A stretch of DNA of 35,625 nucleotides from Verrucomicrobiota bacterium (GTDB lineage Bacteria > Verrucomicrobiota > Verrucomicrobiia > Chthoniobacterales > UBA10450): assembly GCA_046731655.1 (NCBI GenBank), contig JBKPLM010000056.1, forward strand, positions 1 to 35,625, written 5' to 3'. Under the pieces are notes generated by a model, which saw nothing but the letters and a program-made list of their open reading frames with translations, did no database searches and was not told the DNA's origin. How positions within the stretch are numbered: the stretch's first letter is position 1; each line of letters opens with the position of its first letter. The translations under genes and the position numbers were made by a program. This document shows, one piece after another, positions 8,361 to 15,740 of this stretch.

Positions 8361-10251
8361 TTGTTAGGCTATGGTCGCGGAGCGGCTGCTGTTCCTGGTA
8401 AAGCGAGATGTTGGCCTGGAGTTCGGTAGCGAGACCAGAGTTCCCCTGGCTATTGGCTAACTCGATGCCGTGCTGCGCAGTCTGGATCGCGTCCATGAAT
8501 CGGCCATTCTCTGCGTATGCCGCCGCTAACGTGCGGAAGAGAATTGGGATTCTGCCTCCCGAGATGCGTACGGCTTGTTCTGCCAGCTGGACCGCTTTGG
8601 CGCCATTTCGAATCGACTGGTCCGGTGACGTGGCAAATACCCAGGCGAGATTGCTCATCGCGTTTCCATTATCAGGTTCAACCGACAACACCTTCTGCCA
8701 CTCTTCGACGCCTTCCTGCACATGGCCTTGCTGTACAAGAACGGTGCCCACGATATTGTGGACCTCCATGTTATCGGGTTGTAGCTCCAGTAATTTACGG
8801 TAGTGAACTAGCGCGTCGGCCACTTGACCTTTTTGGAGAAGAGCCTTGGCAAGGTTCTCGTGAGCAGGGCTGTTGTCAGGTCGAAGATCCACGGCTGCCT
8901 GTAGGAGCGAGATAGCCTCGTCCACCTTGCCTTGGCCCAAAAATACGATGCCGAGATTATTTTCAGCAACGTCGTTGTTTGTGGTTACTGCAAGCGCGTG
9001 CTTAAACAATGTTTCGCTGTTACGCCAATAGGACGTCTGAACCCATGCGCACAAGCTCAAAGCGCCGATGACAAGTACTGCAGCAGTGCTCACAATTGAG
9101 CGTTGATGCCGGTATAAAGCGGTCAAATCGGCCACTCCCCAGGTGGCTGCTATGTATAGGCCAATCTGTGGTAAGTACGTATATCGGTCAGCGCGGCCCT
9201 GCCAGCCGACTTGCACGAGTCCGATAACTGGGACAAGCATTCCGAGATACCATAACCAGCCCGTTATGAAGTAGGGCCGCTGTTTCCGCAAAGCGATGGC
9301 CAGTGCCGTGATACATATTAGAAGGAGGAGACATGAGACGATTTCCAAAACGGGTAGCCGGTTCTCAGGATGTGGGTAGAACACGGCGAGGTTCACCGGC
9401 CAGAGCATCTGCCAGATGTAGAGGACATAGCTGACTACCGCGTTATTGATTCTTTCCAATATCGGCAAGTCCTCCGTCCAACCGACCGCGCTTTTCTGAA
9501 TGAGAAAAGTGACGACGCTTGAAGCGGCGGAGAGAGCTATCAGTGGAATCTTTTCCAGGACCGGGATTAATAACTGGCGCCTGCCGTCTAATGCCTGACA
9601 TCCGATTCTACAAAGCGGCCAATAATCAAGAACCAATAACACCAATGGCAGCGTGACCAGCATCGGTTTAGACATGAGGCCACAGGCGAAGGCGAATACC
9701 ACGGCCAGATAACGTCCGAACCGAGGTAAGCGCACGTAATACACGTAGGCGAGGAGTGTCAGCGTGAAGAAAACGCCGCTTAGCACATCCTTTCGTTCTG
9801 CTATCCAGGCGACCGATTCGACACGTAATGGATGAATTGCGAACACTGCTGCAACGAAAGCGCTTCGCCAGAGCGCTCCGGTCATCTGTTGGAGCGCAAG
9901 AAAAAGGAGGATCGCCGCCAGGGTGTGGAGAAGGACGTTCGTAAAATGATGCCATCCTGCGTTCAACCCATATAGCTGGCAGTCGAGCATATGTGACATA
10001 GTCGTCAGCGGATGCCAGTTCATGGAATGAATATGACTGAATGCCCAGGCAAAACCGCTAATGCTGAGCCCGCGGGTTATTCTCGTATTTTCATAAACGT
10101 AACGTGGATCGTCGTAGTTGATGAAGTCGTGCCATAGCGTGCGGCCGAAAACAAGCCAAGTCAGGCCCGCCAGAGCGATGCAGATGCCGATGGTCCGCCA
10201 AAAACGGTCGGTTTGTGGCGGAGCTAATTCAGCGTTGCTGATACGGTGCAT
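8332..10251 (-). CDS. TMTC-like GT-C membrane glycosyltransferase homolog with C-terminal TPR domain (paralog A3)
   Basis: ATG at 10251. Motifs: FINYDDPRYVYEN, NWHPLTTMSHMLDCQLYGL, HPLRVESVAWIAERKDVLSGVFF. The TPR array is shorter (about 4-5 units). The cap reads NLAWVFATSPDQSIRNG...FRTLAAAYAENGRF.... Confidence 0.8.
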   Translation of the reverse strand: MHRISNAELAPPQTDRFWRTIGICIALAGLTWLVFGRTLWHDFINYDDPRYVYENTRITRGLSISGFAWAFSHIHSMNWHPLTTMSHMLDCQLYGLNAGWHHFTNVLLHTLAAILLFLALQQMTGALWRSAFVAAVFAIHPLRVESVAWIAERKDVLSGVFFTLTLLAYVYYVRLPRFGRYLAVVFAFACGLMSKPMLVTLPLVLLVLDYWPLCRIGCQALDGRRQLLIPVLEKIPLIALSAASSVVTFLIQKSAVGWTEDLPILERINNAVVSYVLYIWQMLWPVNLAVFYPHPENRLPVLEIVSCLLLLICITALAIALRKQRPYFITGWLWYLGMLVPVIGLVQVGWQGRADRYTYLPQIGLYIAATWGVADLTALYRHQRSIVSTAAVLVIGALSLCAWVQTSYWRNSETLFKHALAVTTNNDVAENNLGIVFLGQGKVDEAISLLQAAVDLRPDNSPAHENLAKALLQKGQVADALVHYRKLLELQPDNMEVHNIVGTVLVQQGHVQEGVEEWQKVLSVEPDNGNAMSNLAWVFATSPDQSIRNGAKAVQLAEQAVRISGGRIPILFRTLAAAYAENGRFMDAIQTAQHGIELANSQGNSGLATELQANISLYQEQQPLRDHSLTNASSSPNSE

Positions 10252-10266
10252 GCCGTGATCTTACCT

Positions 10267-10401
10267 AAATGACGAAATCCGAATAAATGCTCGAAGCATT
10301 TCACGTGATTCGTGAGTAGTTACAACGTTAAAACGGGTCCGGTTCAACGATTTAAGAATTCAACTTGGCGAAAGCCATTCGTCATTCGAGTTTCGTCATT
10401 T
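10267..10401. repeat. Imperfect inverted repeat built from ACGAA/TTCGT short units, between the ArnT/PMT-like gene stop and the A3 start
   Basis: aaatgacgaaa (10267-10277) is the exact reverse complement of tttcgtcattt (10391-10401, abutting the TAG stop at 10402). The right arm reads as heptamers: cattcgt/cattcga/gtttcgt/cattt. The left arm continues as tccgaataaatgctcgaag. The spacer contains attcgtg (10308-10314), the same heptamer as in the 3781-3853 element. Confidence 0.7.
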
Positions 10402-12015
10402 CTAGGACTTCCTCCGGTAGATCAAAATGTATTTTCCCAGCTGTGGCACTGATTGGGGTACGTCCCCAAAATAATAATCTGTTTTGTCTGGTGCCACCAC
10501 GTTCACGAAACCCGCTACAGTATAGTTTTGCGCCGTGTATTCATTAGCCCAGTTGAAAATCAGCCGCTCGGATTCCGGCCGTTGCAGCCATGAATCCGGC
10601 ATCACCACAGAGATGAGAAATTTGGGATGGGCACGTTCAATGTCGCGGATCATTTCCTGCTGCATTTGGCTGGCATACTTCTGGGGTTCCATCAGGCCGT
10701 AAGTATAAATGTAGCCGGTTGCGGAATGTCGGTCGGAATAAAAATAAATCTGCGGCTCGGAACCAAGCACGGCGATCGTGTCATTTCGGGTGGTATGTTC
10801 TCGCAGATATTCTGCAATTCTGAGGGATTCCGGGAAGGGTCCCTCTGGATAAATCATTCGAGAGGCATCGACTAGGGAGGCTTCAAAAAAGAACTTTCTC
10901 TCTGCGACAATCGGCCCAGCAAGAGAAAGCCCCAGAATCAACATGGGGATGAATCGCACTACGATTAATCGATCTGCACTGAGATCTGACAATTTGCTAA
11001 TGGCAACGCCTGCAAGCAGCGAGACAGCTGGAAGCACCAAGATGAAATAGTGCAATCGAAAATAGAATCCCGGGCATAGCGACAGGGCAGAGAACAAAAG
11101 GAAGCCGAGCAGAAAAATTGCGATAGGACGTGTTCGCTGCTCCCACAAACCCGCAACGAGTCCGATTCCAGCCAGCGTCCAGATCGGCCAGCCGGCTACA
11201 ATCACTTCCTTTGCGCTGTAGAAGAAAATCCGCGGCGCTTGGCTGAAAGGAACCAGGCTGCCGTACTGACGCGCGTAATCGATTGTCCAAAACCAGAACC
11301 TGTCGAAGACACCAATGCGCCAGAGAAACAGACAAGTAATTCCCAAGGGAAGAATTACGCCGGTACTAAAAATCAAGCTTCGCAGGAAAATTTTTTCAGG
11401 TCGAGATCGGCGATGAAAACCGTTGGAGACAAGATAAACCGCTCCAAACAGAGCGAAGAAAACCGCCGGCTGCTTCATTAACAGTCCGATGCCGAAGAGG
11501 ATCCCGCTCGCGAACAATCGTCCCAGGGACTGCCGACCTGCCGAGTTGACCAAGAGCAGTGTTCCACCGAGCACCGGGAGCAGCACAAAATGTGTGGCGT
11601 GGCCGGCAAACCCCAACACCGAGGGGCTTACAGAGAGCACAGCGTAACTCATTCCTGCGGCAAGTCCCACTACCGAATTCAGAAGATGGCGGCCCAGTAA
11701 AAAGATCAAAATGATCGTAGCCGCGTTAACAAGAAGCAGTCCTAAATGAATTCCGGTTATTGTTTGCCCAAAGATCGACATGATTGCGGCGTAGGCTGCA
11801 TAAGTTCCTGGGAACTTCATGTTGTAGGCGAGCGTGTATGGTGGAACACCTTGCAAAATGAGTTGACCGGCATAAGCGTATTCGCCTTCATCGCGCTCGA
11901 GTGGAACTCCAAGGAGTCGAACTCTGATGGCAATAACGAGGCCAAAAACACCAGCCGCGACAAGCCACCATGCAATCGGCAGCGCTCTTTCTTGATCGCG
12001 ACTTTTAGTCGGCAT
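10402..12015 (-). CDS. GT-C fold membrane glycosyltransferase, ArnT/PMT-like (GT39/GT83-type) with a C-terminal soluble domain
   Basis: The ORF is open to 12162. However, the ATG at 12015 (MPTKSRDQERALPIAWWLVAAGVF...) sits just before TM1 and avoids overlapping the divergent gene. The first-loop motif is PLERDEGEYAYAGQLILQGVPPY. About 11-13 predicted TM segments are followed by a hydrophilic C-terminal domain of about 170 aa. Confidence 0.65.
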   Translation of the reverse strand: MPTKSRDQERALPIAWWLVAAGVFGLVIAIRVRLLGVPLERDEGEYAYAGQLILQGVPPYTLAYNMKFPGTYAAYAAIMSIFGQTITGIHLGLLLVNAATIILIFLLGRHLLNSVVGLAAGMSYAVLSVSPSVLGFAGHATHFVLLPVLGGTLLLVNSAGRQSLGRLFASGILFGIGLLMKQPAVFFALFGAVYLVSNGFHRRSRPEKIFLRSLIFSTGVILPLGITCLFLWRIGVFDRFWFWTIDYARQYGSLVPFSQAPRIFFYSAKEVIVAGWPIWTLAGIGLVAGLWEQRTRPIAIFLLGFLLFSALSLCPGFYFRLHYFILVLPAVSLLAGVAISKLSDLSADRLIVVRFIPMLILGLSLAGPIVAERKFFFEASLVDASRMIYPEGPFPESLRIAEYLREHTTRNDTIAVLGSEPQIYFYSDRHSATGYIYTYGLMEPQKYASQMQQEMIRDIERAHPKFLISVVMPDSWLQRPESERLIFNWANEYTAQNYTVAGFVNVVAPDKTDYYFGDVPQSVPQLGKYILIYRRKS

Positions 12016-12031
12016 TAGAAGTGCTAAATCG

Positions 12032-13555
12032 ATGAAGAGGCGACCGGACGCAAGATGCGAACAAGCAGGCCTTCGAGTATCGGCGAAGGGGTTTATTTGG
12101 CTCTTATGCTTGCTCGCTGGAATGCGAACCTTCCTCTTCTGCGCGGGCTTCCCCTTTTTCAATAATGCCGATGAACAAGCGCACTTTGATGTTGTGCTTA
12201 AGTACTCACAAGGGCATCTGCCTCGCGGAATGGAACACTTTTCCGGCGAAGCCGCCCGTTATTTCGTGCAGTACGGTTCACCGGAGTTCTTCATGTCGCC
12301 GGCGGCATTTCCAGACGGGCGCTTCCCTCCTCCGACTTGGACGTCCTCGGCGGAGGGAACTTCGGCCGCAGTTTTGGCGACCGAACAAGCATGGAGCGAT
12401 GCGACTAATCCTGAATCGTGGCAGCCGCCTTTGTATTATGCAGTCGCCGGCTTGTGGCTGAAATTGGGGAGGTTGGGCGGGCTCTCCGACGGTCACCTGC
12501 TTTATTGGGTACGGTTTCTAAACGTTCTCTTCTTCTCAGCGCTCGTTTGGTTGAGTTTTCTGGCAGCGCGGGAGTTCTTTTCTCAACGAGAATGGGTAGC
12601 CATGTGCGTTCCAGTTTTGGTGGCGTTTATCCCCCAGGACATGTTTTACGGGTTAGAGAACGATAATCTATCGCCACTCCTGTTCGGTGCGGTTTTCATT
12701 TGCTTGATCCACTGGTGGCGAGCAGAAATACTGAGTCCTCTGCTCGCGGTTCGTCTCGGATTGACAATGTCGGCGACATACCTCACGAAACTCAGTAACG
12801 CTCCGTTGCTTGGGGTTGCTCTTTGTGTTGCTCTGCTAAAGGTCTTTTCGACGGTCCGTTCAGGAAATCTCGGCCGGATGCTGACTGCGCTGGGGATTTT
12901 CGTCGCATGCGCCATCATTCCGGTCGGCGCCTGGATGATTTGGATGCAGCACGCTTTCGGAGATGCGATCGGTTCTTCGACACACATCGCGCTTTCAGGC
13001 TGGACGCAAAAGCCGTTCGAAGCGTGGTGGCATCATCCTATTTTCACATGGCAAGGCGCCTGGAGCTTTCTGTCCAAGCTGCTGGCAAGTTTCTGGCGCG
13101 GCGAGTTCATTTGGCAGGGAAGCAGATTGGCTTCGGCTGCCGCAGATTACTTTTATGTTATTTCGTCGCTGCTATTGGTCTGGATCACAGCGCTGCATCT
13201 GCCCCTGCTTGCTCGCCGCGATAAAGTGAAGGCACAAATTGTTTCTTTCGCCTTACTAAGTTTTATCGCCGCGGTGCTGTTTCTCGCGTTTATCTCAATA
13301 CGATTCGATTTTGGCGATTCCGTCTATCCTTCGCGTACCGAGCCCTATTTGTGGTCGGGACGTTACATCACCGGTGCGCTGATTCCGTTCATGATCGTCT
13401 ATGTTTACGGACTCGACCTCGCTCTTCGTTGGACACATAGAACGTGGCCGCTGTTAGCTACCGTAGTCATAATTGTCACCGCCGTTACGGTTTCGGAAAT
13501 CCGAGTCAATCGAGCGGTATTCTCCAGCGACTATAATTGGTTTCACCTCCCTTAG
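12032..13555 (+). CDS. Polytopic membrane protein, GT-C-like (DUF2142-like) putative glycosyltransferase
   Basis: ATG at 12032. A positively charged N-terminus precedes TM1 (FIWLLCLLAGMRTFLFCAGF), followed by the loop motif PFFNNADEQAHFDVV. The first loop is long and many TM segments follow. The family assignment is from motif memory only. Confidence 0.5.
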   Translation: MKRRPDARCEQAGLRVSAKGFIWLLCLLAGMRTFLFCAGFPFFNNADEQAHFDVVLKYSQGHLPRGMEHFSGEAARYFVQYGSPEFFMSPAAFPDGRFPPPTWTSSAEGTSAAVLATEQAWSDATNPESWQPPLYYAVAGLWLKLGRLGGLSDGHLLYWVRFLNVLFFSALVWLSFLAAREFFSQREWVAMCVPVLVAFIPQDMFYGLENDNLSPLLFGAVFICLIHWWRAEILSPLLAVRLGLTMSATYLTKLSNAPLLGVALCVALLKVFSTVRSGNLGRMLTALGIFVACAIIPVGAWMIWMQHAFGDAIGSSTHIALSGWTQKPFEAWWHHPIFTWQGAWSFLSKLLASFWRGEFIWQGSRLASAAADYFYVISSLLLVWITALHLPLLARRDKVKAQIVSFALLSFIAAVLFLAFISIRFDFGDSVYPSRTEPYLWSGRYITGALIPFMIVYVYGLDLALRWTHRTWPLLATVVIIVTAVTVSEIRVNRAVFSSDYNWFHLP

Positions 13556-13611
13556 AGGAGCGAATCAGGGATTCTTTCACTGGAATGGAAGCAGCGGCTG
13601 GTCGCTAAGAG

Positions 13612-15681
13612 ATGTCGCAACCAATCACAGAGCAGCCTCGCCGTTCATGGCAAAAAGGACTGCTTTTCGCATTGATCCTGGCGGCTGTGACGATCTTTGC
13701 ATACCGGCCTGCGTGGAACGGGGGTTTTCTCTGGGACGACGACTTCTACATCACCAATAATGAGCTGCTGACGGCGCCTGATGGTCTGCGGCGAATCTGG
13801 TTCTCGCTCGATTCGCCTTCGCAGTATTTCCCGCTGGTTTATACAACTTTTCGCATCGAGCGCGCCATTTGGGGCCTCAATCCAACTGGTTATCATTGGG
13901 TGAATCTTCTGCTGCACGTTGCCAACGCGCTGCTGGTGTGGTTGGTGCTGGCGCGGTTAAAGGTTCCGGGAGCATGGCTGGCTGGAGCAATTTTTGCGCT
14001 GCATCCCATCCAAGTGGAGTCGGTCGCTTGGATCACGGAACGCAAAAATGTGCTGATGGGCTTTTTCTTCTTGCTCACGCTACTTGCCTGGATTGCGTTT
14101 GTGAACGCAAGAACGAAGCGGCCCTCGCTGTTTTATGGACTTGCTCTGATCCTTTATCTACTGGCGCTTTCGGCCAAGACAACAGCCTGCACCCTACCCG
14201 CGGCGTTGTTCCTAATTTTGTGGTTGCAGAGGATACGCATCAGTTGGAAGCGAATTTTCCAGATCATTCCCTTCCTTGTTCTTGGCATAGCCATGGGCGT
14301 ATTAGCGATGTGGTGGGAGCGGTACCATCAGGGAACGAGCCGGTCTGTATTTACGTTCCTGACCCCAATCGAACGGGTCCTCGTCGCGAGCCGTGCTGTT
14401 TGGTTTTATCTGAGCAAACTCATCTGGCCATCTAATCTGACATTTATTTATCCGCGATGGGATATCGCGCCGACTCATCTGCTCAACTTTGCGTGGCTGT
14501 TAGCGGGAGTCATCGCATGCGGAGCTCTCTATTTTCTCCGTCGATATTTAGGACGCAGCGTCGAGGTCGCAGTGGGATTTTTCGTTGCGACCCTGAGCCC
14601 GGTGTTGGGATTCATCATGCTTTACACCTTTCGGTACACGTTTGTAGCCGATCATTACCAGTATCTGGCTTGTATCGGTCCGATCGCCCTGGCTTCTGCC
14701 GGCCTGGTCAATTTGACCGACATGTTTAAGAACGGCCGCGCCTTAATTTTAAGCGCGGCGCTCTGTGTCGTGGCTCTCCTGGCGGCACTGACGTGGCGAC
14801 AAGCCGCGATGTATGGCAATATCGAAACGCTCTGGCGCACGACTCTGGTCAAAAACCCCGGTTGCTGGATGGCTCACAACAATTTGGGCATCGTGCTGTT
14901 TGAAAATGGCCAACTTGACGATGCGATTGCGCATTATCGGACGACCTTGCAGATGCAGCCGAATTATTGGGATGCCGATTACAATCTTGGCACCGCTCTT
15001 CTGGGTAAAGGCCAGGTGGACGAGGCAATTTTTCATTGCGACAAAGCAGTCAGGATGCAGCCAAACGATCCAGATGCTCGAGTGGCCTTGGCCAATGCTC
15101 TTCTTCAAAAGAGACGTATCGACGATGCGATCTTTCACTACCAAAGAGCAGTTGCAATTCGTCCCAATTATTTTCTTGCCCGTCGCGGGCTTGGGCACGC
15201 TCTGCTTGAGAAAGGGAAGCTTGATGCTGCGATCGAGCATTCTCGGGCTGCCTTGTTGATCCAGCCTAATGACGCAGACTGTCACACAGTCCTGGCCATA
15301 GCTCTTGATGAAAAAGGCCAATCGGCCGAAGCCATCGCACACTATGAAAAGGCGTTGGAGATTTCTCCTCAATCCGTTTCTGCTTTGAATAATCTGGCGT
15401 GGTTACTAGCCACAGGTTCCGACGCGTCATTGCGAAATGGGCCCCGTGCGATTCAATCTGCGCAGAAAGCTGACCAACTTTCCGGAGGCACCAATGCGGT
15501 TGTGCTCCGCACGTTGGCAGCAGCATATGCGGAGGCTGGTCAATTTGGAAAAGCCATCGAAAGCGCCCAGGCTGCGACGCAGCTGAGACGGAGCCAGGGT
15601 GACGATTCGTTAGCTACCGAGCTTCAGCAAGAAATCGCGCTTTATGAGTTAGGGTTGCCTTATCGTGAAACGCCAAAATGA
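13612..15681 (+). CDS. TMTC-like GT-C membrane glycosyltransferase homolog with C-terminal TPR domain (paralog B2)
   Basis: ATG at 13612. Motifs: FLWDDDFYITNN, YFPLVYTTFR, HPIQVESVAWITERKNVLMGFFF. About 6-7 TPR units follow, then the cap NLAWLLATGSDASLRNG...LRTLAAAYAEAGQF...LYELGLPYRE. Confidence 0.8.
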   Translation: MSQPITEQPRRSWQKGLLFALILAAVTIFAYRPAWNGGFLWDDDFYITNNELLTAPDGLRRIWFSLDSPSQYFPLVYTTFRIERAIWGLNPTGYHWVNLLLHVANALLVWLVLARLKVPGAWLAGAIFALHPIQVESVAWITERKNVLMGFFFLLTLLAWIAFVNARTKRPSLFYGLALILYLLALSAKTTACTLPAALFLILWLQRIRISWKRIFQIIPFLVLGIAMGVLAMWWERYHQGTSRSVFTFLTPIERVLVASRAVWFYLSKLIWPSNLTFIYPRWDIAPTHLLNFAWLLAGVIACGALYFLRRYLGRSVEVAVGFFVATLSPVLGFIMLYTFRYTFVADHYQYLACIGPIALASAGLVNLTDMFKNGRALILSAALCVVALLAALTWRQAAMYGNIETLWRTTLVKNPGCWMAHNNLGIVLFENGQLDDAIAHYRTTLQMQPNYWDADYNLGTALLGKGQVDEAIFHCDKAVRMQPNDPDARVALANALLQKRRIDDAIFHYQRAVAIRPNYFLARRGLGHALLEKGKLDAAIEHSRAALLIQPNDADCHTVLAIALDEKGQSAEAIAHYEKALEISPQSVSALNNLAWLLATGSDASLRNGPRAIQSAQKADQLSGGTNAVVLRTLAAAYAEAGQFGKAIESAQAATQLRRSQGDDSLATELQQEIALYELGLPYRETPK

Positions 15682-15697
15682 CTTGGCGCAATAACAA

Positions 15698-15723
15698 GCT
15701 TTTGTCGCATAAGCAACAAAAGC
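15698..15723. terminator. Weak hairpin between the convergent B2 and phosphatase-like genes
   Basis: gcttttgt (15698-15705) pairs with acaaaagc (15716-15723) around a 10-nt loop. The stem is AT-rich and there is no clear T-tract afterwards. Confidence 0.35.
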
Positions 15724-15740
15724 CTGCATAGCTGGCTTGA

